A stretch of 64,000 nt of DNA from Candidatus Krumholzibacteriales bacterium (GTDB taxonomy: Bacteria > Krumholzibacteriota > Krumholzibacteriia > Krumholzibacteriales > WJIX01), in assembly GCA_046483305.1 (NCBI GenBank), contig JAWODM010000046.1, forward strand, positions 64,001 to 128,000. The letters run 5' to 3'. Below, one piece after another: positions 1 through 9,906 of the stretch. Made by a program: the position numbers and the translations under genes. Below the pieces are notes generated by a model. That model saw only the letters and a list, made by a program, of their open reading frames with translations. It ran no database searches and was not told the DNA's origin. Position 1 is the stretch's first letter. Every line of letters begins with the position of its first letter.

Positions 1-164
1 CTGTAGATTGAATCGACCTCCTCGAAGCTCCTGTAAAACTCACTGAGAATCTGAAGCAGGGAACTGAAATCAGCCCTGGCAAGCCGCTCATACCAGGACC
101 AGTCCGGCAGTTCCGCCTCCATGGCATTCAGCCTGGCCGCAATATATGTATAGTCAACAGCCAA
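1..164 (-). CDS. ntpC: V/A-type ATP synthase subunit C, N-terminal part (runs off the window start)
   Basis: Manual translation from TTG at 164 (alternative TTG at 173) gives MAVDYTYIAARLNAMEAELPDW..., matching the subunit C N-terminal YxYxxARxxAME pattern; it follows subunit E and has a GGAGAGG SD. Confidence 0.75.
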   Translation of the reverse strand, partial: MAVDYTYIAARLNAMEAELPDWSWYERLARADFSSLLQILSEFYRSFEEVDSIY

Positions 165-165
165 C

Positions 166-771
166 TTATTCAACCTCTCCATCGCCTTCAGAGAAAAGTA
201 TCCTGGCAGCCTCGGGTTCTGTCCGGTCGATCAGTTCCCTTAAGAAGCTCTCCAGCGAAAGATCAATCAGCCGGTCTTTCTGCCTGAGAATGACACCCCA
301 GGTTAAATCACCTTCTCCGGGACTTACTGAGAAAGATCCTCCTCCGAATTCATCATTCAGGGAGCTGACGAACTCCCCGGTGAAAATATCCCGGTGGGCG
401 GCGGGAATTACGATCTCTTCCTTGCCGGTGACCGCCCTTTTCAGTATCAGCTTTCTGATGAAGCCGGCGTACTCTTCACCGCTCATCGAACTTATTTTAT
501 CCCTGGCTTTCCCGTAGAACTCCTCCAGGATATCTCTCTTTTCGCTCAGCAGTTTTTTTCTGAGGTCCAATCTCTCGCTGACCACTATCTGGCGCCGGTG
601 CTCATCAGCTTTTCTGCGGAATTTCTCGTCCAGCTCGCCTCTGAGCTTATCCGCTTTGCGGCTGTAATCCTCTTTTATTTCATCCGCTTTCGATTCGGCC
701 TTTCCTATTATACTGCTTACCTTCTCCCGGTTCTCTCTTTCGATCCTGCTGAGTATATCTTCTATAGCCAT
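166..771 (-). CDS. ntpE: V/A-type ATP synthase subunit E
   Basis: 201 aa; N-terminal charged coiled coil and C-terminal (G/W)GVIL...IDLSLE pattern; follows subunit K. Confidence 0.88.
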   Translation of the reverse strand: MAIEDILSRIERENREKVSSIIGKAESKADEIKEDYSRKADKLRGELDEKFRRKADEHRRQIVVSERLDLRKKLLSEKRDILEEFYGKARDKISSMSGEEYAGFIRKLILKRAVTGKEEIVIPAAHRDIFTGEFVSSLNDEFGGGSFSVSPGEGDLTWGVILRQKDRLIDLSLESFLRELIDRTEPEAARILFSEGDGEVE

Positions 772-803
772 AATAGCTCATCCATCCCTCTAATATATGA
801 CAC

Positions 804-1271
804 TTACAGATTAATGCGCTGAAGCAGAAGTATGGTCCCCAGCAGGCCCAGGACGGCGTAGGTTTCGACGATAACGGCGTAAACCATACCCTTGCCGACT
901 TCCCCGGCTCTCTTGGCGACCAGGTTGCACGCCGCCGCGCAGACCTTCCCCTGGTATATGCCGGAGACAAGGCCGGTAATCGCGATCGGCAGAGCGGCCC
1001 CTACCATCGCCAGCCCGGCTGATACTGATATTCCGGCAAATCCTTCCGGCTCCGGCAGCTTTCCGGCGATCATGAACAGGGCCACCAGGCCGTAGATCCC
1101 CTGGGTGCCGGGAAGAGCCTGCAGCACCAGAAGCGAACCGAATTTTCCGGGGTCTTCGCTGGTTACTCCGTTGGCCGCCTGGCCCGCAATACCTGTTCCA
1201 AAGGCGGAGCCCGCTCCTGCCAGGCCAGCCGCCAGAGCCGCGCCCACAATCACGAACATGAATCCAAACAT
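804..1271 (-). CDS. ntpK: V/A-type ATP synthase subunit K (4-TM rotor subunit, Na+-type signature)
   Basis: 155 aa hydrophobic protein; LQALPGTQGIYG, YQG and VETYA motifs. Confidence 0.95.
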   Translation of the reverse strand: MFGFMFVIVGAALAAGLAGAGSAFGTGIAGQAANGVTSEDPGKFGSLLVLQALPGTQGIYGLVALFMIAGKLPEPEGFAGISVSAGLAMVGAALPIAITGLVSGIYQGKVCAAACNLVAKRAGEVGKGMVYAVIVETYAVLGLLGTILLLQRINL

Positions 1272-1300
1272 ATTTTCTCCTTCCTCGAGAAAGTTCGATT

Positions 1301-3265
1301 TTATTCCTTATCACGAATAACCGAGTATCGCCTCTCGCTTCTGAAAGGTTTGAATGGCCTGCCCCCTCCGCTGAAAAACTTCGAAAAGAACTCCAGGTAC
1401 TGAAGCCTGGCGGAATGGACAAAACCTCCCAGAGAATTGACCGCCAGATTGAACAGATGTCCTCCGGCGAGTATCAGAATCATGGCGATATAACCTGTAT
1501 AGAAAGGCATTCCGGCAACCATCCCGGCAATGTCATTAACCGCCATGGCGATGGCGCTGGTTGCCAGCCCCAGCGCAAGCAGCCGCGCGTAGGACAGGAC
1601 GTCCCCGAAATAACCCACAATATCGTAAAAACCCGCCAGCCCTCCGAGCGCCTTCATGATCAGAGATTCTTTTTTCCTTCCCCCGGTAAGGAAGATGGCT
1701 GCCGCCATTATCACAGCGCCCCTCCCCGACCAGGACAGAATATAAGGAGGGACTTCTCCGTCCAGTATCCCCGCGAATCCCAGCGGAGCGAGAAAGACCA
1801 GGAAAATCATCCAGAAGAGATTGTCGAAGATACCGTCGGCTATCAGGCCTTCCTGGAATTTCCGCACCATACTGATACCCATACCGAACAGTATATGAAC
1901 GATCCCCAGAAAGAACGACAGGTACAACATCTTCATCGGCTCCTCTATGGGATTGATGAAAACGAATTTCCGCAGAAAGGGGACGTTGCCGAGGCTGATT
2001 CCGAAAAGCCCGCCGGCCAGTATTCCCACCACGGTGGTCACTAAACCTCCGGTCAGCATGAGCCTGATCAGTTTGCGGGCTCCTCCCGAAGGTTTGAACT
2101 TAAACAGAATAAAGGCGGAAACAATGGAAAGAGCGATCCCGTAGCCGGCGTCGGTAAGGCACATCGCGAAGAAAAGAATAAAGAAGGGCGCAAAGAAGGG
2201 AGTAGGGTCGATCTCTCTGTACTGAGGATTTCCATAGAGGGTCATTACGAACTCATTCGGTTCCGCCAGTTTACCGTTTTCCAGATGAACAGGGGGTTTT
2301 TCGTCCTTTCCCGGTTTTCTGAAGGCTATCTCAACATCGGCAAACTCGCCGAGAATTCCCCGCTCCAGTTTCTTTCTGTCCAGTTCCCTGACCCAGCCCT
2401 CCATGAGAAACACGCTGTCGGTCTTATGAAGCCGGGTTTCCAGCTCTGAAAGGGCCAGCTGTTCATTATAATAGTCTATCAGAACATAAAGCTTTTCGAT
2501 AATATCTTCGGCAAGCCCCGCGGCCTGCTTATGCAACTCCTCTATTTCAGCCTCCGCTTCCTCCATTCTATCCATCTCCGCCCCGATTATTTCCGCGGGG
2601 GTTCCCTCTTCATCCTCGAAACTGTTCAGACGGCCTCCCGCCTTCTTCAGAGCTTCCGTAAGCTCGCCGTCATCCTCCCGGGGCAGTATCACCGCAAAGT
2701 GTACCCTTCCCTCGCCCCCGGACACACGCTCGAAATGGGAAAACTCGAACCCGCTTTTCAGCTCATCCAGACTCTGTTCGACCTCGCCGGAGGGGAAACT
2801 CCACAGCTGTCCGCTGAAACCTTCAGTCTCAAGTTCTTCCAGAGAAGTATCCAGAGATTTCCAGGGCTGAAGGCGGCCTGCCAGCTCCCGGCTTTTATCA
2901 ATTTCGTTTTCCAGCTCCCGTATCTGGCTGCTCAATCCGTTACTCTTCTGCCAGGTCTCCTTCACGGGAAATTCCGCCGCCAGTTTCTTTACTTCATCGC
3001 CGCCGACCTGGATTGCGGTCCCGCTGAGTTTCTCCCACAGAGATGGCGATTCAATATAATCTTCGAGGAAGGAAACGGACTCCTCCAGATACTCGATGAG
3101 CCGGCTGATATTCCCGACAGGGGGAGTTTCCTCCCCGGAACGGCCTTCTCCGGTTTCGGTTTCCGTAACCTGAACCGCCCCCAAATCCCGCAGCCGCCTT
3201 TTTAATCTTTCCCTCACGGAATCATGTCCGAGAAGCTGAACTTTAAGCATGCTGCTGACAGCCAA
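1301..3265 (-). CDS. ntpI: V/A-type ATP synthase subunit I
   Basis: 654 aa; EIDPTP, DAGYG, GDVLSYARLLAL and HSARLQYLEFF motifs; TTG start. Confidence 0.96.
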   Translation of the reverse strand: MAVSSMLKVQLLGHDSVRERLKRRLRDLGAVQVTETETGEGRSGEETPPVGNISRLIEYLEESVSFLEDYIESPSLWEKLSGTAIQVGGDEVKKLAAEFPVKETWQKSNGLSSQIRELENEIDKSRELAGRLQPWKSLDTSLEELETEGFSGQLWSFPSGEVEQSLDELKSGFEFSHFERVSGGEGRVHFAVILPREDDGELTEALKKAGGRLNSFEDEEGTPAEIIGAEMDRMEEAEAEIEELHKQAAGLAEDIIEKLYVLIDYYNEQLALSELETRLHKTDSVFLMEGWVRELDRKKLERGILGEFADVEIAFRKPGKDEKPPVHLENGKLAEPNEFVMTLYGNPQYREIDPTPFFAPFFILFFAMCLTDAGYGIALSIVSAFILFKFKPSGGARKLIRLMLTGGLVTTVVGILAGGLFGISLGNVPFLRKFVFINPIEEPMKMLYLSFFLGIVHILFGMGISMVRKFQEGLIADGIFDNLFWMIFLVFLAPLGFAGILDGEVPPYILSWSGRGAVIMAAAIFLTGGRKKESLIMKALGGLAGFYDIVGYFGDVLSYARLLALGLATSAIAMAVNDIAGMVAGMPFYTGYIAMILILAGGHLFNLAVNSLGGFVHSARLQYLEFFSKFFSGGGRPFKPFRSERRYSVIRDKE

Positions 3266-3304
3266 ATTGCAATCCTTCCTGATTTAACATCTCAGATCCT
3301 TCTG

Positions 3305-3616
3305 TTATTCCTGAAGGAGGCCCATGATCATTTCCATGGCATGGCCCATATTTTCAGCCGATCTTCTTCTCAGAGAAGAAATCTCTTTTTCATTCTTCTC
3401 CCTCATCTCCCTGACTTTCTCTTCGGCTTCCTTCTCCGCCCCGGAAAAATATTCGCGCCTTTTTTCATCCATCTCCACCTTCACCTGTTCCAGTTTTTCC
3501 TCCCCCTCCTGACGGGCTCTGTCGATAATCTCCAGAACTTCCTTCTTCGCTTCCTGAATATTACTGCGGGCCTTCTTCTCTTTCTTTCTTATTTCATTCA
3601 GATGATCATCAAGCAT
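3305..3616 (-). CDS. V/A-type ATP synthase subunit H/G (peripheral stalk)
   Basis: 103 aa, highly charged coiled coil; first gene of the operon, ahead of subunit I; AGGAG SD. Confidence 0.75.
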   Translation of the reverse strand: MLDDHLNEIRKKEKKARSNIQEAKKEVLEIIDRARQEGEEKLEQVKVEMDEKRREYFSGAEKEAEEKVREMREKNEKEISSLRRRSAENMGHAMEMIMGLLQE

Positions 3617-3657
3617 TCTGTCTCCTAAACATCAATCATCAATGCCGGGGTTAAGAT

Positions 3658-3686
3658 TTATAAAACATCAGTACCGGCCGGCTCAA
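3658..3686 (-). promoter_or_regulatory. Possible sigma70-type promoter of the ATPase operon
   Basis: Minus-strand TTGAGC followed ~18 nt later by TATAAA in an AT-rich intergenic region; coordinates approximate. Confidence 0.3.
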
Positions 3687-3762
3687 GAATAATATATAAA
3701 TTTTCGGCTCGGAGTACATGATTTTCCGATAAAATTGAGAGAGACGGGGGTTTTCAAGAAGC

Positions 3763-4758
3763 TCATACCCTCCGCCAGCATCTCACCCTGCGCCCGCCCT
3801 CCAGATCGAAGAGCGGGGGCGGTTCTTCCCTGCACCTTGCTTCAGCTTCAGGGCACCTGGGATGGAAGGGGCAGCCGGGAGGAAGATTAACCGGGCTGGG
3901 CACTTCGCCCCGGATGGCGGCTCCCGCCGGAGCTCCGGGGACAGGTTTAGGAATGGAAGCAAGCAACCCTTCTGTATAGGGATGCAGGGGCGCTGAAAAA
4001 ACCGAATCCCTGTCGGCGTACTCAACTATCCTGCCCAGATACATAACCGCCACATTGTCGCTTATATGCTTGACCACCCCCAGGTCGTGCGACACAAACA
4101 GTACCGTAAGGTCAAGGTCCCTCCGCAGGTCGGCAAGCAGGTTAAGTATCTTTGCCTGTACTGAGACATCCAGAGAGGCCACCGGTTCGTCCGCGACAAT
4201 GATTTCCGGCTCCACTGCCAGGGCCCGGGCTATCCCCACCCTCTGCCGCTGCCCCCCGGAAAACTCGTGGGGGTACTTATTTTCATCGGAGGGGGAGAGG
4301 CCCACCCGGTCCAGCAGGTAATGAACCCTTCTCCGGACATCTTTTCTCCCCACTATATTGTGGATCCTGATCCCTTCGGCAATGGTGCCGCCAATGGTCA
4401 TTCTGGGATTCAGAGAGGAATAGGGATCCTGGAAGATCATCTGAATTCTGCGCCGGGCTTTCCTAAGTTCCCTTCCCTTGAGAGCCAGAAAATCAATTCC
4501 GCCCAGGAAGATTCTTCCCCCGGTAGGTTCAATCAGGCGAACCAGCACCCTGGCCAGGGTGCTCTTTCCGCAACCGGATTCCCCCACCAGCCCCAGGCTC
4601 TCCCCGCGGCTCAAACTGAGATCCACACCGTCGACAGCTTTCACCGGGAGGCTGAACCTGGAAAATATGCCCTCCCCGCGGGCTCTGAAATATTTCTTTA
4701 TGCCTTCCGCTCTGAATACAGCCAAGACTCTTATCCTTCCCTCAGCCAGCACCTGCAC
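3763..4758 (-). CDS. oppF: Oligopeptide/dipeptide ABC transporter ATP-binding protein (OppF/DppF)
   Basis: GESGCGKS Walker A, YPHEFSGGQRQR signature, ADEP, C-terminal GCPFHPRC. Confidence 0.92.
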   Translation of the reverse strand: MQVLAEGRIRVLAVFRAEGIKKYFRARGEGIFSRFSLPVKAVDGVDLSLSRGESLGLVGESGCGKSTLARVLVRLIEPTGGRIFLGGIDFLALKGRELRKARRRIQMIFQDPYSSLNPRMTIGGTIAEGIRIHNIVGRKDVRRRVHYLLDRVGLSPSDENKYPHEFSGGQRQRVGIARALAVEPEIIVADEPVASLDVSVQAKILNLLADLRRDLDLTVLFVSHDLGVVKHISDNVAVMYLGRIVEYADRDSVFSAPLHPYTEGLLASIPKPVPGAPAGAAIRGEVPSPVNLPPGCPFHPRCPEAEARCREEPPPLFDLEGGRRVRCWRRV

Positions 4759-5738
4759 AGATGATTACCCCCTGCCTTAAAAAAAGGAGGTTCTTCATCC
4801 AGGCATTTCTGTATCCGTTCGCCGCATCTGTCGCTGAACTTACACCCGGGGGGAAGCCTGACCGGATTGGGAACGGAGCCCTCGATGACGGAAAATTTTT
4901 CGCCGGGAGGAGCGTACCCCGGCATGGAACAGAGCAGCCCCCGGGTATACGGATGGGAGGGTTCTGAATACAGGCTTTTCGAGGGGGCGCTTTCCACAAT
5001 CCTTCCCGCATACATAACCATCACCCGGTCAGCCATCTGGGCTATCACTGAAAGGTCATGGGATATCAGCAGAACCGACATTCCGATCCTGCTCCGCAAC
5101 TCCTCAAGCAGTTCGATTATCTGCGCCTGTACCGAAACATCCAGGGCGGTGCTGGGTTCGTCCGCAATCAGCAGTTCCGGCTGGCAGCAAAGCGCCATGG
5201 CAATCATTACCCGCTGGCGCATTCCGCCGCTCATCTGGTGCGGATACTTCCGGTAGCTCTTTTCGGGGTCCGGTATATGGACCATCCTGAGCATTTCCAC
5301 CGCCTGTCTCTTCGATTCTTTTCTGCCCACCTTCCGGTGGACCGCAATTACCTCCCTTATCTGCTCACCGCAGGTAAAGACGGGATTCAGGCTGGACAGC
5401 GGTTCCTGGAAGACGATCGATATCTGATTGCCCCTTATCTTCCGTATCTCCTTTTCCGGAAGCTTCAGCAGGTCCCGCCCCCCGAATTCCACTCTGCCGG
5501 AGGTAATCCTCCCCGGGGGGGTTCTTACCAGGCGCATTACGGACAGCGCGGTCACACTCTTGCCGCATCCGGACTCGCCCACCATCCCTACCGTCTCGCC
5601 CTTCCCCACCTCAAAACTTATCCCGTCAACCGCGACAGCCTGCCCGGCGATAGTATCGAAGACCGTCCTCAGATCTGTTACTTTAAGAAGCGGATTTTCC
5701 ATTACCATCCCTGTCCGTTTATCCTTTTCATCGTCCAA
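4731..5738 (-). CDS. oppD: Oligopeptide/dipeptide ABC transporter ATP-binding protein (OppD/DppD); true start probably 5708 or 5702
   Basis: GESGCGKS, YPHQMSGGMRQR, ADEPSTALD, GCKFSDRC. Confidence 0.92.
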   Translation of the reverse strand: MDDEKDKRTGMVMENPLLKVTDLRTVFDTIAGQAVAVDGISFEVGKGETVGMVGESGCGKSVTALSVMRLVRTPPGRITSGRVEFGGRDLLKLPEKEIRKIRGNQISIVFQEPLSSLNPVFTCGEQIREVIAVHRKVGRKESKRQAVEMLRMVHIPDPEKSYRKYPHQMSGGMRQRVMIAMALCCQPELLIADEPSTALDVSVQAQIIELLEELRSRIGMSVLLISHDLSVIAQMADRVMVMYAGRIVESAPSKSLYSEPSHPYTRGLLCSMPGYAPPGEKFSVIEGSVPNPVRLPPGCKFSDRCGERIQKCLDEEPPFFKAGGNHLCRCWLREG

Positions 5739-5750
5739 GCGCCAATTTTA

Positions 5751-5779
5751 CTATAATCTGCGGCTATATAAAAAACAAT
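5751..5779 (-). promoter_or_regulatory. Possible internal sigma70 promoter for oppDF
   Basis: Minus-strand TTGTTT-N17-TATAGT in the AT-rich gap between oppC and oppD. Confidence 0.3.
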
Positions 5780-5789
5780 CATACTTTTG

Positions 5790-6674
5790 CTACGTAAACT
5801 GGACGGGATCGAAAGCGTCCTTCAGCCCGTCGCCGAGCAGGTTATAAGCGACCACCGTCACAATGATGGCAATCCCGGGGATGGTGGAAACCCACCATGC
5901 ATCCAGCAGTACCGCCCTGCCGCTGAATACCATCATGCCCCAGCTGGGTGTGGGGGGAGAAACCCCCAACCCCAGAAAACTCAGGGTGGCTTCAGCCAGA
6001 ATTATCCCGCCTATCCGGAGGGTGGCTGAAACAATAATAACTGTCAGCGCGTTGGGGATAAGATGGCCGAAAATAATCCGGTTTCTGCCGGCCCCCAGGG
6101 CCTCAGCGGCCGCCACGTAATCTCTCTGCCTGATGGACAGGACCTGTCCCCTTACCAGCCTGGCGGCGGACATCCAGCCGGTAGCTCCCAGCAGAATTAT
6201 CAGCAGAAGTATCGACCTGCTGAACAGAGCTATACAGGTAAGCAACAGAAACAGTCTTGGTATCGCCATCAGGGCATCGACCACCCTCATCACCACCGTA
6301 TCGATTACGCCCCCCAGGTATCCGGAAACCGCCCCCACCACCGAACCGATTATCACTGAGAGCGAGACGGCGAGCAGGGATACCGAAAGCGAAATCCTGG
6401 CTCCGTAGAGGACTCTGGTGAGAACGTCCCTGCCGAACTTGTCAGTGCCGAACGGGTGCCGTAGGCTTGGAGAAAGGTACCTTTCCGAAGGGAGGTCCCC
6501 GTGCCGGTCGGGATGATAGGGAGTAAGAACCGGAGCCATTAGGGTGACCAGGTAAAGCAAAATCAGAATCCCCGCCCCGGCCATTCCAAGAGGGTTTCTT
6601 CTGAACCTCTTCCATCCGCTGGACCAGATACTGCCGGAGACGGTTCCCGGGGAAAGGTCAATCCGTTCATTCAT
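5790..6674 (-). CDS. oppC: Peptide ABC transporter permease (OppC/DppC)
   Basis: HPFGTDKFGRD, YVAAAEALGA EAA loop, LSFLGLG, PSWG, NLLGDGL; ATG at 6674 overlaps the oppB stop. Confidence 0.92.
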   Translation of the reverse strand: MNERIDLSPGTVSGSIWSSGWKRFRRNPLGMAGAGILILLYLVTLMAPVLTPYHPDRHGDLPSERYLSPSLRHPFGTDKFGRDVLTRVLYGARISLSVSLLAVSLSVIIGSVVGAVSGYLGGVIDTVVMRVVDALMAIPRLFLLLTCIALFSRSILLLIILLGATGWMSAARLVRGQVLSIRQRDYVAAAEALGAGRNRIIFGHLIPNALTVIIVSATLRIGGIILAEATLSFLGLGVSPPTPSWGMMVFSGRAVLLDAWWVSTIPGIAIIVTVVAYNLLGDGLKDAFDPVQFT

Positions 6675-7647
6675 TTCTGCCTCCCCCGTACGTGATCCTG
6701 GGATCAAGCAACGCGTATCCGATGTCCGCAAGCAGGTTTCCGAATATTACCATTACCCCCACCACAAAGTTTACCGCCAGCACCACCGGGTAATCCCTGG
6801 TATAAATAGCCCCCACCGCCAGCCTGCCCATCCCCGGCCAGGAGAATATCCTTTCCACCACCACCGATCCCCCCAGGAGGAAAGGGAAAGAAAGGCCGAT
6901 CAGGGTAACCACAGGGAGAGCGGCATTCCTGAAGGCGTGTTTGAAAAACACCTTCTTTCCCAACAGCCCCTTCGCCCTGGCGGTACGGATATAGTCCTGC
7001 TGAAGAATATCTATCATGCTACCCCTCATGTAGCGGGCCATCCCCGCTGCCGAAGCCACTCCCAGAACGAAGGCCGGTAGTATCAGGTGCCTGACCCGGT
7101 CGGCCAGCAGCCCAAGCCAGCCGGCTCCATCCATTCCCAGAGACTGCATGTGGGATGAAGGGAGAATACCCAGTTTAAGCGAAAAGAGAAATATCAGCAT
7201 CAGAGAGAGCCAGAATGACGGGATCGAATAAACCAGAAGAGCGGAAACCGTGGTTATCCTGTCAAAGAAAGTGCCTTTTTTTGCCGCCGAGAAAAGTCCG
7301 AGCATCACTCCGGTTATTACATATAGAAGGAGGGCGGGGATGGTCAGCCGCAGGGTATTGGGAACCGACTCCAGTATCAGATCTCTTACCGGCCGGTTAT
7401 ACTGGAAAGAGACTCCGAAATCACCCCTGCAGAAGTTGGAGGTCCACTTGATATACTGAATAGGGAGGGGTTGATCGAGCCCCAGCCTGGCCCTCATCAT
7501 TTCCACTGTTTCCGGGGGTATCTCCGGATTTTCATATCTGGACATCGGATCGCCCGGAGCCAGATGGAGCAGGAAGAAGGTAATGGTCAGTACCAGGAAG
7601 ATCAGAACCAGCGACTGGAGCAGTCTCTTCAATATGAACACGGCCAT
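6667..7647 (-). CDS. oppB: Peptide ABC transporter permease (OppB/DppB)
   Basis: PGDP, GLDQP, GDFGVS, YIRTARAKGL, FSWPGMG, RDYP, LDPRI. Confidence 0.93.
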   Translation of the reverse strand: MAVFILKRLLQSLVLIFLVLTITFFLLHLAPGDPMSRYENPEIPPETVEMMRARLGLDQPLPIQYIKWTSNFCRGDFGVSFQYNRPVRDLILESVPNTLRLTIPALLLYVITGVMLGLFSAAKKGTFFDRITTVSALLVYSIPSFWLSLMLIFLFSLKLGILPSSHMQSLGMDGAGWLGLLADRVRHLILPAFVLGVASAAGMARYMRGSMIDILQQDYIRTARAKGLLGKKVFFKHAFRNAALPVVTLIGLSFPFLLGGSVVVERIFSWPGMGRLAVGAIYTRDYPVVLAVNFVVGVMVIFGNLLADIGYALLDPRITYGGGRNE

Positions 7648-7669
7648 GATTCACCGCCTCAGAAAGTTA

Positions 7670-8455
7670 TCAGTATCGTCCCATTATCTCCGATTTCCCG
7701 GACGCAGCGCAATCTATTTCATCCCTCTCCTTTTCAGAAAGAACCAGCCGTTCAAAGTCCGCCCCCATCAGACGCGTGAATGCCTCCCTGACCGCGTCTC
7801 TGATCTTTTCGTAACCGGGATCCGAACCGGCCTGCTCGCAGAGGCTGGTTATCCGCTCACTTACATCCTGCCAGCCGCCGGGAAGATACCTGCTGATCAT
7901 CCGGGATCCCTTTCCCCTCAGGATCGAACCGTGCTGCAGAAAGAACTCTCCCCACCGGCGCTGGGCGCTTCCCATTATCTTTTTTCCTCCGGCGGTAATT
8001 TCGTACCTGCTGACTGACGCGAGGCACGGTGAATTCGACGATCTTTCGCGCTGCTTCCTTCCTCCGGAAAGAGACGCCCGCACTCCCAGAGAACGGAGGG
8101 CTTCTATCAGAACTTCCGATATCCGGATGAAGGTCTCGCCGAGCCGGGCCCCGAAAATATCTCCTTGGCTGCCGGCGGTTATGCAGTAGGTAAACTCCTC
8201 ATGGTGCAGCAATGCCCTGCCCCCGGTGATCCTTTTAACCAGGTCGATCCCGTCACCCGAGACCGCCCGGAGGTCCAGCGCCTCTTCCGGGTCCTGGTGA
8301 AACCCGATACTTATGCAGGGAGGTTCAAACGAATAGGTCCTCAGAATAATCTGGTCGGGATTTCTCCTCACCCTGTTGAAAATGTGCTCGTCTCTCGCCA
8401 TATTCCGGGCGCCACTCATGGGCCCGTCATCAAGGAAATACCAGCGGGGCATCAT
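7670..8455 (-). CDS. Lipoate-protein ligase family protein, probably a LipM-like GcvH octanoyltransferase
   Basis: NMARDE, RITGGRALLH, a Cys in SPCL, GKKIMGSAQRR and LQHGSI; single catalytic domain; overlaps the gcvPB stop. Confidence 0.85.
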   Translation of the reverse strand: MMPRWYFLDDGPMSGARNMARDEHIFNRVRRNPDQIILRTYSFEPPCISIGFHQDPEEALDLRAVSGDGIDLVKRITGGRALLHHEEFTYCITAGSQGDIFGARLGETFIRISEVLIEALRSLGVRASLSGGRKQRERSSNSPCLASVSRYEITAGGKKIMGSAQRRWGEFFLQHGSILRGKGSRMISRYLPGGWQDVSERITSLCEQAGSDPGYEKIRDAVREAFTRLMGADFERLVLSEKERDEIDCAASGKSEIMGRY

Positions 8456-9906
8456 TTATCCTCTGCAAACTGCTCATCCCACGACCATCGTAAATCGGGA
8501 TTCCGGGCCGCCCTGACTTCGTCAAGCCTTCTAACCGGGGTGTTTACCGGGGCCTCTTTCAGAAGCTGCGGGTTTTCAGCCGCTTCTCCGGCCACTCTCT
8601 CCATAATGGAGGCGAATTGATCCAGGGTCTCTTTCTTTTCGGTCTCCACCGGCTCGATCATTAGAGCCTCACTCACAATAAGAGGAAAATATACAGTGGG
8701 AGCGTGGACTCCCAGATCGAGAAGGCGTTTGGCGACGTCCAGGGTCTTGATACCGTACTCCTTGAGGGGATCCGAGGATACGACGAATTCGTGCATGCAT
8801 GGTCCGGGATACTTCACCGTATAGTGCCTGCCTGTAAGTTTCATCAGGTAATTCGCGTTGATAATCGCGTTCTCGGATACCTCTCTCAATCCTTCCGCCC
8901 CCATCCTGAGTATATAGGCATACGCCTTGATGAAAACGTTGAAATTTCCGTAGTACGAATGAATCTTGCCGATACTCTTCTCCGAATGGTAATCCAGCTC
9001 GTACCGCTCCCCTTTCCTTACCGGGCGGGGAACCGGGAGGTAATCGGCCAGATGCTCCAGTACCCCTACCGGGCCGGATCCGGGCCCTCCGCCGCCATGG
9101 GGAGTGGAAAATGTCTTGTGGAGGTTAACATGCATGATATCTATGCCGATTCTTCCGGGGCGAACAATACCCATCAGAGCGTTCATATTCGCTCCGTCCA
9201 TGTAAATCAGGGCGCCGGCGTCATGCACTATCTCGATAATATCCCCGATATCCTTTTCAAACAATCCAAGGGTATTGGGCAGGGTAAGCATCAGGACGGC
9301 TGTCTTTTCGTCAATCTTCTCCCTCAGCGTATCCGGGTCTATCATACCCCTCTGATCAGATTTTACAGTCTCCGGCTTGAATCCGCAGATAGCCACACTG
9401 GCCGGATTGGTGCCATGGGCCGAATCAGGTACCAGTACAGTCCTTCTTGTCTCTCCCCGGTCCCGGAAATAGGCCCTCGCTATCATCATCCCGGCAAGCT
9501 CCCCGTGAGCGCCTGCCGCCGGCTGCAGGGAAAAGGCGTCCATCCCGCATATCTCGCAGAGCGACTCCTGGAGTTTGTACATCACTTCCAGGGCTCCCTG
9601 CAGATCATCTGCGTGCTGTTCCGGATGCAGGCCTCCGAATTCGCCCATCGCCGCCAGCTCCTCGTTAATCACCGGATTGTACTTCATGGTGCAGCTGCCC
9701 AGGGGGTATATTCCCTTATCTATATGGTAATTTCTGGAGGCGAGCTCGCAGAAATGCCTGATCACTCCCTGTTCTCCGATCCGGGGAAGGTTCATGGGGG
9801 AGCTCCTCTGAATCACCAGTTTGTCCCGGTCGACCGGACAATCATTCTCCGGTATGTAATCGCCGCTTCTTCCGTTGATACCCTTCTCAAATATCGTCTT
9901 ACTCAT
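8452..9906 (-). CDS. gcvPB: Glycine dehydrogenase (decarboxylating) subunit 2
   Basis: YPLGSCTMKYNP, QPAAGAHGE, SAHGTNPAS and the PLP motif NLHKTFSTPHGGGGPG; start at MSKTIF. Confidence 0.96.
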   Translation of the reverse strand: MSKTIFEKGINGRSGDYIPENDCPVDRDKLVIQRSSPMNLPRIGEQGVIRHFCELASRNYHIDKGIYPLGSCTMKYNPVINEELAAMGEFGGLHPEQHADDLQGALEVMYKLQESLCEICGMDAFSLQPAAGAHGELAGMMIARAYFRDRGETRRTVLVPDSAHGTNPASVAICGFKPETVKSDQRGMIDPDTLREKIDEKTAVLMLTLPNTLGLFEKDIGDIIEIVHDAGALIYMDGANMNALMGIVRPGRIGIDIMHVNLHKTFSTPHGGGGPGSGPVGVLEHLADYLPVPRPVRKGERYELDYHSEKSIGKIHSYYGNFNVFIKAYAYILRMGAEGLREVSENAIINANYLMKLTGRHYTVKYPGPCMHEFVVSSDPLKEYGIKTLDVAKRLLDLGVHAPTVYFPLIVSEALMIEPVETEKKETLDQFASIMERVAGEAAENPQLLKEAPVNTPVRRLDEVRAARNPDLRWSWDEQFAEDK

